Origin: Candidatus Cloacimonadota bacterium
Lineage (GTDB): Bacteria; Muiribacteriota; UBA6191
Direction of reading: 5' to 3'
DNA length: 64,000 nucleotides
Assembly (NCBI GenBank): GCA_023954715.1
Contig: JAGSHD010000001.1
Coordinates: 492,468-556,467 of the forward strand
Each line of letters begins with the position of its first letter. Within the stretch, counting starts at the first letter, position 1. The notes below the pieces were generated by a model. It did no database searches. It was not told the DNA's origin and was given only the letters and a program-made list of their open reading frames with translations. The translations under genes and the position numbers were made by a program. Shown piece by piece: positions 30,261 to 39,542 of the stretch.

Positions 30261-32030
30261 ATGTTACGCTCAGTATTAAGAAATGTATTATTTGGTTCAG
30301 CACTAGTTGTATCAAGTGTATTCGCAGATTTAACACCAGACCAACGAGTAGAAGATTTTGAAGCATTTTGGGCATCTTATAAAAATGCTTATGTATTTTT
30401 TGATTTAAAAGAAGGCGATCACGGAGTGAACTGGGACGCAATCAAAGAAGACTTCATGGCTAAGATGAGAACATCAACTTCTGATTTAGAGCTTTATGCT
30501 GCTGTTACTGAAGCACAAGCTATGTTGCGAGATGGTCACGCTTATAACTCAAGCTTTGCTAAAATTCGTGAAACAGAAAGAATATATTTCCAACGAATCG
30601 GATTAGCTCTTGTTGAAGGTAGAAAAATTGTAATCAATAAAGTTCCTGAAGGTTCTGTATTTGCTGAAAAAGGATTACAAATTGGTGATGAGTTAGTTAA
30701 GTGGGACGGAAAAACAATTCGTCAACTATCTAAAGACGCTAGAAAAAGAAACGCTGCTTCTTCTGAAGGACAATTTTGGAATAGTTTTGCTTCCTCATTA
30801 TATATCCATAGCCCACTTCTTGGTAAACCAGCTAAATCATCTGTAGATTTAGTATTCAAAAAATCTGATGGTGAGCTACTAGAAGTTAAATCAAAATGGC
30901 AATCTGTTGACCCAACAGGAAAGCCAGTTGCTAACACATGGATCGATGATAAAAAAGGTGTAACTCTTGATGAAGCATCTAAAGTAAGAATCACTGGTCC
31001 TCTTCCTCTTGAACTAAGAATCTTCAAAGATTATAACCTAGCTTATTTAAAGATTGATTCTTGGATGAAAACAGAAGATCCAAAGCAACAACTTGAAGAT
31101 ACATTCAAGAAAATTCAAAAAACTGACGGAATGGTAGTTGATTTTCGTGGTAATGGTGGAGGAGTTGGCCCTTGGGGTGTATTATTCTCTAACTACTTAC
31201 TTAAAGAGGGAGATACTAAAAAGGCTAAAAAGAGCTGGATCTCTAAAGTTAAAGACTTATTCAAAGGTAAAAAAGGTAAAGAACAAGGTGAAGTTGCTTC
31301 AAGTGACAAAGTACCTAACGATGTATGGTTTGAAAGAAAACTATCTAAAGTATTCGTAAGAGTAGCTTTTCCACAGTTAACTGAAGACCAATTAAACGAA
31401 ATCTATGCAAGCCCAGAAACAATGCAATATGTATTGAAAAAAGCATTTGGCATGGAAGTAGACTTAGCTGAAATCCAAAAGCATGTTGTTGATGGAGTCA
31501 TCAGTCCTTTTTATGTAAACCTAACATTAAATGATCGAACAAACGACGTACCAACATACACAAAACCAGTTTATATCTTAACTGATGGTGGATGTTACTC
31601 AACTACAGATATCACTCTAGCAATCTTAAAAGATTTCGATCGAATCAAAACAGTCGGAACTCCAAACGGTGCTGGATCTGGATCTCCAATCCCATTTGTT
31701 TTACCTAATTCTGGATTACAAGTATATGTCCCTCATGCAAGAGCATACCCACCATCTGGAACTATGATCGAAGGACGACCAATTACTCCTGACTTCTTAG
31801 TAACTCAAACTATTGAGGATTTGAAAAAAGGAAAAGATACTGTTTTAACTGAAGCTGTAGCTAGAATCATGGAAGAAATCATGCCTACTGCAACTTTTGA
31901 GCAATCAGAAGTATCTGTTGGAGACTTAAAGTCACCTGAAATCGATTGGGGAAATATCCCAACTCCTGATTTTGCAATTCAAGCTACTCTTGAACACCAA
32001 AAGCGTTCAGAAACTAACTTGAAGAAGTAA
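30261..32030 (+). CDS. Secreted S41-family (C-terminal processing/tricorn-core type) peptidase with PDZ-like region
   Basis: Signal peptide MLRSVLRNVLFGSALVVSSVFA. The PDZ-like segment is GLQIGDELVKWDGKTI. The S41-like catalytic region is ILTDGGCYSTTDITLA…K. AAGGAG RBS. Confidence 0.7.
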   Translation: MLRSVLRNVLFGSALVVSSVFADLTPDQRVEDFEAFWASYKNAYVFFDLKEGDHGVNWDAIKEDFMAKMRTSTSDLELYAAVTEAQAMLRDGHAYNSSFAKIRETERIYFQRIGLALVEGRKIVINKVPEGSVFAEKGLQIGDELVKWDGKTIRQLSKDARKRNAASSEGQFWNSFASSLYIHSPLLGKPAKSSVDLVFKKSDGELLEVKSKWQSVDPTGKPVANTWIDDKKGVTLDEASKVRITGPLPLELRIFKDYNLAYLKIDSWMKTEDPKQQLEDTFKKIQKTDGMVVDFRGNGGGVGPWGVLFSNYLLKEGDTKKAKKSWISKVKDLFKGKKGKEQGEVASSDKVPNDVWFERKLSKVFVRVAFPQLTEDQLNEIYASPETMQYVLKKAFGMEVDLAEIQKHVVDGVISPFYVNLTLNDRTNDVPTYTKPVYILTDGGCYSTTDITLAILKDFDRIKTVGTPNGAGSGSPIPFVLPNSGLQVYVPHARAYPPSGTMIEGRPITPDFLVTQTIEDLKKGKDTVLTEAVARIMEEIMPTATFEQSEVSVGDLKSPEIDWGNIPTPDFAIQATLEHQKRSETNLKK

Positions 32031-32138
32031 ATCAAAACTCTTGTGATTCAGCTTACTGAATCACAAAAGGTGCACCGTACATGTACGGTGCAAATCGCTT
32101 GATTTACTTCAAACGATTGTTTAAATAATTCATACTAA

Positions 32139-32172
32139 ATGAGCCATAATTTTATTGTGGCTCATTTTTTTA
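32139..32172 (+). terminator. Rho-independent terminator
   Basis: TGAGCCA-taattttattg-TGGCTCA followed by TTTTTTT. Two further palindromes precede it at 32044-32095. Confidence 0.6.
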
Positions 32173-32339
32173 TCTAAAAATACATCGTTCACTTTACAAA
32201 TCAATTTGACAGAATCCCCTGCAAAGTTTGTAATACTGATCACCACAAACCTTTATTACATTTTATTATAGATTATAGTAACTTTTGTCATACAGGCCCT
32301 ACTAATTTTATAATGTAAAATCTTTAAATAACTATTGAG

Positions 32340-34271
32340 ATGAATATGAACAAAATGACCCATATATTGATGATCTTTTTACTTACCAGCATAAGTTTTA
32401 GTCAGTTTGACTTACCTGCTGGTAGTTCTAGTGTACGTTTTCCAGTTGCACAAAGTACTTCTATAAGTAGTTTTTTCGCAGGTGAACTAGCAAAAATACA
32501 AGATTTGTGGCTACTTGATCCTTCTAACAAAACATGGAAGTACTATTCACCAAATACTCAATCTCAGCACTACACAGATTTCACTAGTTTCTCATCAATT
32601 GAGCCCAATCAATCATACATCATAAAATTAACTTCAGCCCTTAGCTTAAATACACCTTTTACTTTTTCAAGTGTAGATCCAGCAAATATTAAAACAGGTC
32701 TGCAATTAATAAACCTTGAAGACAGCCTAACTAACTTAACAAGTATCACAAGTAGCAATATTAATACTAGAGTGCACTCCATATATAGTCTCTGGAATAG
32801 TAAATGGTATAGACATTTTCATCAGCCTAGTACGGCTATGCTAAAAATACAAAGTTCAAGCTCTATACAAGCTCTTACTACTCTAACTAAACAAGCCGCC
32901 TATTTTTTAAATTTTGCCCCAAACATGACTAAGCTATCCATCGATCGAGTGGTTAACTTTTCAAGTATCCAATCAAATAATAAAGTGATTGTTGGCTCTT
33001 CTATTAATAACAGTGGAATCCCTACCGGTAGTGTTAGCTATTTAGGGCTAAATACAAGCACTTCCAACGGATACTGGTATGCAGATATCTATTACCCTAC
33101 AAATACTAAAAATATCTATTTAGATTTTATTCAAAATCATACAATCAGTGATAAAGTTCATAATTATAGTGCTATCAACTTAAATCAAACTAAGAAAAAT
33201 CATATTAATCTCTCTCCTGCCAACTCTTTGATTAGCTTGTTTCAAAGTAAAAACAAGGGTATATCAACTAGTGAAGTTGCTTCTTTTATACTCTCTCCAC
33301 TTGTTTTAAACAATAATGATCTATTAAATCAAAAGCACTATGATCCATTGAAAATTGATATCAATAGCAATAGTTTTACAGGTGCTGCTTTTACTCAAAG
33401 TGAAACTACAGTCGCTGGATTAGCTCTACAATCAATGAATGAAATTCTAAGTAACACTGTAAACTCTAATGATATAGAAATACTTAAACAAGTTAAAACC
33501 AGTTTTCAAAACTTATCTACAGTTAATGCTAATATCGCAGCCTTTAGCAATCTAATTTTTCATAAGCTTAGCTCATTGAATTCTAACGTATCCTTACAAA
33601 GTAAATTTAACTCTTTAAATGCTCTAGACTCTCAAAACTTAAACTTAAGTTTTTCAAATCAAACCATTAAAACTGACAAATCGTGGCTTAGTAGTCATCG
33701 CTTTTATGTGGGCAACATAGCTAGTAAAATCTCTAAAATTGAAAATCAAACAGCATTTTTAACACCTGTAGATCCATTAAAAAACTATCAGTTCACGGCG
33801 TACCCAAATAGTATCAAGTTTTCAATTTCACCATTTCAAGATCAGCTAACTACTAGTACCAAACTAGAAGTACGCCTTCAGTCGGTAAGCTCTGCTCAGC
33901 ATTTTATTTCTGTAACAGCAGATCATCTTACTATTGAACGAAACGCAGAAGGTCAAATTTTTACTGGTATTAAAAAAGATGTACCATTCACTGTTGAAAT
34001 TAAAACTTCAATCTCTGCTAAAATTGATAGCTTGAATGAAACATTTGATATTAACGACTATTTAATTGGTGACTCAACTTTTATCGAAGTGCCAATTAAA
34101 AACTATATAGATAAAGGTAAAAGCTCTACAATAACTACTAACGCCATCAATAGCTTTGAAGGTCAAAATAACAATTTAACTATCACTCTTAGTGACTTGT
34201 ATTTTAGTCTTCATAATATTAACTCCTTGAAGTTCAATAAAATAAAAATTGAAAATCTCAGAATAAACTAA
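32340..34271 (+). CDS. Secreted Ser/Thr/Asn-rich surface protein (643 aa)
   Basis: Signal peptide MNMNKMTHILMIFLLTSISFSQ. Low-complexity S/T/N-rich composition throughout. No recognisable catalytic motif. Confidence 0.6.
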   Translation: MNMNKMTHILMIFLLTSISFSQFDLPAGSSSVRFPVAQSTSISSFFAGELAKIQDLWLLDPSNKTWKYYSPNTQSQHYTDFTSFSSIEPNQSYIIKLTSALSLNTPFTFSSVDPANIKTGLQLINLEDSLTNLTSITSSNINTRVHSIYSLWNSKWYRHFHQPSTAMLKIQSSSSIQALTTLTKQAAYFLNFAPNMTKLSIDRVVNFSSIQSNNKVIVGSSINNSGIPTGSVSYLGLNTSTSNGYWYADIYYPTNTKNIYLDFIQNHTISDKVHNYSAINLNQTKKNHINLSPANSLISLFQSKNKGISTSEVASFILSPLVLNNNDLLNQKHYDPLKIDINSNSFTGAAFTQSETTVAGLALQSMNEILSNTVNSNDIEILKQVKTSFQNLSTVNANIAAFSNLIFHKLSSLNSNVSLQSKFNSLNALDSQNLNLSFSNQTIKTDKSWLSSHRFYVGNIASKISKIENQTAFLTPVDPLKNYQFTAYPNSIKFSISPFQDQLTTSTKLEVRLQSVSSAQHFISVTADHLTIERNAEGQIFTGIKKDVPFTVEIKTSISAKIDSLNETFDINDYLIGDSTFIEVPIKNYIDKGKSSTITTNAINSFEGQNNNLTITLSDLYFSLHNINSLKFNKIKIENLRIN

Positions 34272-34316
34272 AAAAAGCCCCCTAATTATCCAAGATAATT
34301 AGGGGGCTTATTTATT
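34270..34316. terminator. Bidirectional rho-independent terminator
   Basis: AAAAAA-GCCCCCTAATTATC-caag-GATAATTAGGGGGC-TTATTTATTT. This is a 14 bp G/C-anchored stem. Confidence 0.7.
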
Positions 34317-35092
34317 TAATTACCACTAAAGTTGGCTTGTCTCTTTTCTAAGAAGGCAGATGTACCTTCTGTTTTATCTTTGGTGCCACAAACATAAGAA
34401 AACTCTAAAGTTTCTACATTTAAAGCGCTTTGCAAATCTAGCTGAATACCTACGTTCATAGCTCTTTTAGCTGCTTTAATTGCTAAAGGCCCTCTTGAAG
34501 CTATCAACTTAGCTACTTTTAGAGTCTCTTCAAGCAACGCTTCTGGCTCAATTAACTTGTTGACCAATCCATCCGTTAAAGCCTGCTCCGCACGAATCAT
34601 ATCACCAGTAAATACATACTCTTTTGCTTTACCAATTCCAATCAATCTGCTCAGTCTTTGCGTCCCACCATAACCAGGAATCAAACCAAGACCAACTTCA
34701 GGGAGACCTAACTTAGCTTTAGTAGATGCATACCTAAAGTCACAAGATAAAGCTAGCTCTAAACCTCCACCCAATGCAAACCCATTGATAGCAGCTATAA
34801 CTGGAACATGAAAATCTTCAATTTTTTGAAAGAATTCACGACCCAACAAAGCATTTTTACGACCTTCTTCTGTACCCGCGGTATTCAAACCTGAAATATC
34901 TGCGCCCGCTACAAAAGATTTGGACCCAGCTCCTGTTATAATCAATACTTTTAAGCTTTCTGAATCGGATAGGCTATCAATAAATGCGCTACCTTCTACA
35001 ATCAACTCTGTATTTAAAGCATTTAAAACTTTTTCTCTAGAAACAGTTAAAACTCCAATACCATCATTTTCTTCATATAAAAAATTTTCCAT
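34316..35092 (-). CDS. Enoyl-CoA hydratase/isomerase (crotonase family)
   Basis: Crotonase oxyanion-hole and catalytic regions: LIITGAGSKSFVAGADI and VIAAINGFALGGGLELALSCDFRYAS. Confidence 0.88.
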   Translation of the reverse strand: MENFLYEENDGIGVLTVSREKVLNALNTELIVEGSAFIDSLSDSESLKVLIITGAGSKSFVAGADISGLNTAGTEEGRKNALLGREFFQKIEDFHVPVIAAINGFALGGGLELALSCDFRYASTKAKLGLPEVGLGLIPGYGGTQRLSRLIGIGKAKEYVFTGDMIRAEQALTDGLVNKLIEPEALLEETLKVAKLIASRGPLAIKAAKRAMNVGIQLDLQSALNVETLEFSYVCGTKDKTEGTSAFLEKRQANFSGN

Positions 35093-35115
35093 TATATCTC
35101 CATCTATATTAGTTA

Positions 35116-35652
35116 TTATCTAAAACAAAACTTACTTTTTAAAAAACTCATCAACTGTTTAGTATCCATATCTTCTTCTACTTGAAAGTTGATGTAAAAT
35201 GGATGGTTCTCTTTTAAACCAACCATTAAATACATATCTCCCGCGATCAATTTTTTAGCCTTTCTCACTCCCACCTTGATAAAGTTTATTTTAACTCTTT
35301 CACTGAAGGCTAGCTCATTTACTTTGATGTTAGATACATCTTGACCACTTAAATTAAACTCGGTCCAATCAATAGGAGCATCGGGATAAAACGCTCTCCA
35401 ATAATCTCTTAACAAATCCTCTGAACTAGGAACAATGGAATGAAAGTACTCTTTAGTGGCAATTGAAAAATTAATCCAATTTTTATTTTTCTTCCATTGA
35501 TAAATGACTAAATCGCCCTCTTCTGAATTTTGTGTTTGCTTAAAAGAAGTATCTATTTTTACACCCACGTAAGTCGAGGTCCACGGCTTTTGACATAAGG
35601 TGATAACTGCCAAAATTATGTATAAAACAAATAGTATTATACTCTTGTTCAT
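35116..35652 (-). CDS. Hypothetical secreted/membrane-anchored protein
   Basis: Start set at the ATG (MNKSIIL…), which overlaps the hemB stop as ATGA. N-terminal hydrophobic segment IILFVLYIILAVITLC. Confidence 0.5.
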   Translation of the reverse strand: MNKSIILFVLYIILAVITLCQKPWTSTYVGVKIDTSFKQTQNSEEGDLVIYQWKKNKNWINFSIATKEYFHSIVPSSEDLLRDYWRAFYPDAPIDWTEFNLSGQDVSNIKVNELAFSERVKINFIKVGVRKAKKLIAGDMYLMVGLKENHPFYINFQVEEDMDTKQLMSFLKSKFCFR

Positions 35653-36623
35653 TTTGTAATGCCCCAAGAAACAAAGTCTCTAGCCCAATAACTCAGTATT
35701 AAATCCGCTCCCGCTCTTTTCATAGAAAGTAATGACTCTAAAGCTACGGCTTGTTCATCAATCCATCCTCTTTCAGCCCCTGCTTTTATAATAGAGTACT
35801 CTCCCGATACATTATAACAAGCCAGAGGCAAGTCATATTTATTTTTTATATCTCGTATAATATCTAAATAGGATAATGCTGGTTTTACCATTAATATATC
35901 AACACCCTCTAAAACATCTAAGTCAACTTCTCGAATTGCTTCAAGACGATTTGCAGGATTCATTTGATATCCTTTTCTATCTCCACTTTCAGGAGCTGAA
36001 TCTGCCGCATCTCTAAAAGGACCATAAAAAGCTGAACTATACTTAGCAGAATATCCCATAATTGGTATAGATGAATATCCATTATTATCTAGGGCTGTAC
36101 GTAAGCTATGAACAATACCATCCATCATTCCAGAAGGAGCGATCATATCTACTCCAGCTTGAGCATAAGACAAGGCTAATCGCTGGGACATTTCAAGAGT
36201 AGGATCATTTAAGACATGAGATTTCTCTAAGATCCCACAATGTCCATGGCTCGTATACTCACAAAAACACAAATCAGCTAAAACATAGATTTCATTTCCG
36301 AATCGTTTTTTTAGTGCGGAGATAGCAAGTTGAACAATACCTTTAGAGTCATCTGCTCCACTCGCAGTCGGATCTTTACTTTTTGGGATCCCAAACAAGA
36401 TAAATTTTTTAACTCCACCTAACATCAAACGCTCCACATCTTTCAACATACTTTCGATATCTAAACGATAGTGAGAAGGCATTGATTTAATCTCATGAGT
36501 CCCAACTTCTTCATGAATAAATAAAGGCAAGATAAGATCGTTAATACTCAAACTATTTTCTGCGATCGATTCTCGTAAAATTTTATTTTCTCTTAATCTT
36601 CTTAGTCTTACTTCTGGAAACAT
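35649..36623 (-). CDS. hemB: Porphobilinogen synthase (delta-aminolevulinate dehydratase)
   Basis: N-terminal MFPEVRLRRLR…, active-site Lys regions and overall 324 aa length match HemB. Confidence 0.9.
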   Translation of the reverse strand: MFPEVRLRRLRENKILRESIAENSLSINDLILPLFIHEEVGTHEIKSMPSHYRLDIESMLKDVERLMLGGVKKFILFGIPKSKDPTASGADDSKGIVQLAISALKKRFGNEIYVLADLCFCEYTSHGHCGILEKSHVLNDPTLEMSQRLALSYAQAGVDMIAPSGMMDGIVHSLRTALDNNGYSSIPIMGYSAKYSSAFYGPFRDAADSAPESGDRKGYQMNPANRLEAIREVDLDVLEGVDILMVKPALSYLDIIRDIKNKYDLPLACYNVSGEYSIIKAGAERGWIDEQAVALESLLSMKRAGADLILSYWARDFVSWGITK

Positions 36624-36650
36624 TTCGTTTCTCCTTAATATTTAATTTAT

Positions 36651-37343
36651 TCAACATCTTTCACTGAAATACTCTTGTATGGAGTCAATCAAGGATAGCA
36701 TGTTAGGTTCTTTACTTAGATGGATACAATCAATATTCAAATTTTGTAGTGCTTTTTGTGTGCGCTGTCCCATGCAAAAAGCATCTAAGCTTTTACAATC
36801 ATAACTCTCCAGTGCTTTTGCTTGGCTTGGTGCCAAAACAGCTAAAGCTTTATTATCTTTTGTTTTAAGCCAGTCTTGAAAGCCTACGTCCATTTTTTCA
36901 TAGTGAACTTCATAGCAAATCAAAACATCAATACCACAACAATTATTTTGGGCAATCTCTAACTCATCTTTTGAGTACTCGTTTGAAGCAGGATATAATA
37001 ACTTATCATCCTGTGAAAAACTCTGTGCCATTTGTAAAAAGTTTGAATAACAAATTAGATCAACAATCCCATAAGATTGAAGTCTAGCCTTTGCCCTTTC
37101 ACCAACGCAATGTACAGTCAATGATAGATAGTCCTCTTGTTTCAACTTGGATAAAAAGATATCTACCGCTCTTTTTGAGCATAAAATGACTCCAGTGTAT
37201 TGAGTTAATGAAGTCGAAGAGATGGTAAAATCAATTGCTTCATAGGATACCAATGGAAAATAAACTGTACTTAAGCCATTTTTGAGTAGCAAAGAAGAAA
37301 ACTTTGGTAAAATCTTTTCGTGCCTCAAAAAGCCAATTTCCAT
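36651..37343 (-). CDS. hemD: Uroporphyrinogen-III synthase (probable)
   Basis: 230 aa protein positioned between hemC and hemB, with HemD-like two-lobed composition. Sequence similarity is weak, as is usual for HemD. Confidence 0.65.
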   Translation of the reverse strand: MEIGFLRHEKILPKFSSLLLKNGLSTVYFPLVSYEAIDFTISSTSLTQYTGVILCSKRAVDIFLSKLKQEDYLSLTVHCVGERAKARLQSYGIVDLICYSNFLQMAQSFSQDDKLLYPASNEYSKDELEIAQNNCCGIDVLICYEVHYEKMDVGFQDWLKTKDNKALAVLAPSQAKALESYDCKSLDAFCMGQRTQKALQNLNIDCIHLSKEPNMLSLIDSIQEYFSERC

Positions 37344-37377
37344 TTCTTCTCTCTTTAGATATTATACAAATATAAAA

Positions 37378-38307
37378 TTATTTTAATAAATGTGACATAC
37401 CTCGAACTTTTAAGTCTGTCATTATATTCGCCACTAAATCACTGTCTTCTAGCTCTCTTGTAGCATCTCCTAAACTAACGTACTCTTTGCCGTCTTGGCT
37501 CAATAGAATAGCTTTTAGTATAAACTCATTATCAACTACTTCAGAAAATACTCCCAAAGGAATACTACATCCTCCACCACAAGCCTGAAGAAGCTCTCTT
37601 TCCATTTCAACGCATTTCTCTGTTTCGCTGTGATTTAGTTTTTTAAATAGGTTTATTTGAGTCTTATTATTTAGGGTCTGTATTGCCACACAACCTTGTG
37701 CTACAGCCGGTAAAAAATACCTTGGAGAAAGTTTTTTTACAATAATATCATCACGCTTATCAAACTCTAGTCTTTCAAGTCCTGCTGCTGCTAAACATAT
37801 AGCGTCATACTCACCATCAATCAGTTTTTGCACTCTAGTATTAATATTACCTCGAATATCCTTCATTGTTACATTTGGATTTAGACGTAAAATCTGAGCT
37901 TGTCTTCGTACCGATGATGTACCAACGATACATCCATCAGGCAGTTTCTCAAGCATAGGAGTAGCTTTAGCACCTTTTGGAAAAACTAATGCATCCTTAA
38001 CAGAGCCTCTTTCTAAAAATGATGCCACAGTGAAGGTTTCTTCCATGTCAGTAGGTAAATCTTTTAAAGAATGTACAGCAGCATCTATATCTCCATTGAT
38101 CATTGCCTGCTCTAACTCGTAGGTAAACAACCCTTTAGAACCAATCTCTTTTAAGGGAACATTTAGTATTTCATCCCCTTTTGTAGAAATAATAACTAAC
38201 TCTACTGGACGATCTTGAACCTTTTCTAACAAACTCTTTACGTGATTTGCCTGCCATAGGGCTAGTTCTGATCCTCTTGTACCTAATTTAATTGCTGTTG
38301 AATCCAT
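37378..38307 (-). CDS. hemC: Hydroxymethylbilane synthase (porphobilinogen deaminase)
   Basis: IKLGTRGSELALWQA N-terminus. Dipyrromethane cofactor Cys region (QACGGGCSIPLG). Confidence 0.92.
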   Translation of the reverse strand: MDSTAIKLGTRGSELALWQANHVKSLLEKVQDRPVELVIISTKGDEILNVPLKEIGSKGLFTYELEQAMINGDIDAAVHSLKDLPTDMEETFTVASFLERGSVKDALVFPKGAKATPMLEKLPDGCIVGTSSVRRQAQILRLNPNVTMKDIRGNINTRVQKLIDGEYDAICLAAAGLERLEFDKRDDIIVKKLSPRYFLPAVAQGCVAIQTLNNKTQINLFKKLNHSETEKCVEMERELLQACGGGCSIPLGVFSEVVDNEFILKAILLSQDGKEYVSLGDATRELEDSDLVANIMTDLKVRGMSHLLK

Positions 38308-39248
38308 TTTAGTTCTTCCTCATTAATTGTAGATGCACCTAATCGTCCTACTACCAAACCTGCTGCACTATTTGCTATCTTTGCTGAATTTTCTAGACTT
38401 AAAGAGCAGGTTAAACAAGCCGTTAACACAGATATTACTGTATCTCCAGCCCCTGTAACATCAAAAACCTCTCTAGCAACCGTTTCTATGCGGGTATAAC
38501 CATCTTCATCAAATAGTGCCATACCTCGTTTACCAAGAGTAATGATCAATTGTTTCATCTCAAGAGATTTACGTAGTTTATGACCTTCTAGTTTTAATAT
38601 TTCTTCATTAGCAAGACTCAAGCCAATAGCCGTTTCTGCTTCTAGTTGATTTGGAGTCATGCAAGTAAAAGTTGAATACTTTTCAAAACTTTTTGATTTA
38701 GGGTCTACTGTAATCACTATTTGATGCTCTTTTAGTAGCTTACGAACTCCATCTAAAAAGTCTTCGCTTAACAGTCCCTTGTCGTAATCTGATAAAACGA
38801 TTCCGTCAAAGAGTGATATTTTATCTGAAAGGCTTTGCAGTAGAGTATCTGACTGACTTTTTGACACAAAGTTTGTCTGCTCTCTATCAACTCTAACTAT
38901 TTGCTGTTGCGATGCTCCAACTCTTGTTTTAATCGTTGTTGTACGGTCTTTTGATTGTTGTATAAGGTCTGTATTGACATTATTTTGTTTCAACAAATCA
39001 ATTAACATTTCACCATTGCTGTCGTCGCCAATAATTGACATGATATGCGTCTTAACACCCAATGCTACAAGATTGTTAGCTACATTTGCAGCTCCCCCGA
39101 GAACAATTTCTTCTCGAGTCACTTCTACTACCGGGACTGGAGCTTCAGGAGAGATTCTGCTGACCTTGCCCCAAAGATACTCATCTAGCATTAAATCACC
39201 AATTACTAGGATGTTTCGATTTTTCAATTCATTGATTAAATTTGTCAT
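38283..39248 (-). CDS. PfkB-family sugar kinase, RfaE domain-I-like (D-glycero-beta-D-manno-heptose-7-phosphate kinase)
   Basis: ILVIGDLMLDEYLWGKVSRISPEAPVPVV N-terminus and C-terminal GAGD motif (DVTGAGDT), typical of the HldE/RfaE kinase domain. Overlaps hemC by 25 nt. Confidence 0.75.
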   Translation of the reverse strand: MTNLINELKNRNILVIGDLMLDEYLWGKVSRISPEAPVPVVEVTREEIVLGGAANVANNLVALGVKTHIMSIIGDDSNGEMLIDLLKQNNVNTDLIQQSKDRTTTIKTRVGASQQQIVRVDREQTNFVSKSQSDTLLQSLSDKISLFDGIVLSDYDKGLLSEDFLDGVRKLLKEHQIVITVDPKSKSFEKYSTFTCMTPNQLEAETAIGLSLANEEILKLEGHKLRKSLEMKQLIITLGKRGMALFDEDGYTRIETVAREVFDVTGAGDTVISVLTACLTCSLSLENSAKIANSAAGLVVGRLGASTINEEELKWIQQQLN

Positions 39249-39542
39249 ATTTTACTCTATCTTAAAGTCTGCGTCATTCTATCAGTTCTCAATATATTTT
39301 CAAAGATTAAAATGATTGTTTACATAACATTATTAGTAATTGTATTATGTCGAAATTAATTACTGAGCCACTTAATTTAATATGAAGTCTGAGTCCTAGA
39401 TTAGTGCCATTCCCTTTGCTAACAGTAACTTTACTTTTATCACTGGAATTACACCCTTCATTATGAGATTCTTAGACAATCAATTAACATAGTTGAAGAC
39501 TTACTTTTTTGAGTCGAGTTCTAATATATCTGAGGTAATTTT

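Noticed and set aside
38974-39315. 113 aa plus-strand ORF overlapping the heptose-kinase gene
   Set aside because: Antisense to the PfkB-family gene; no independent support.
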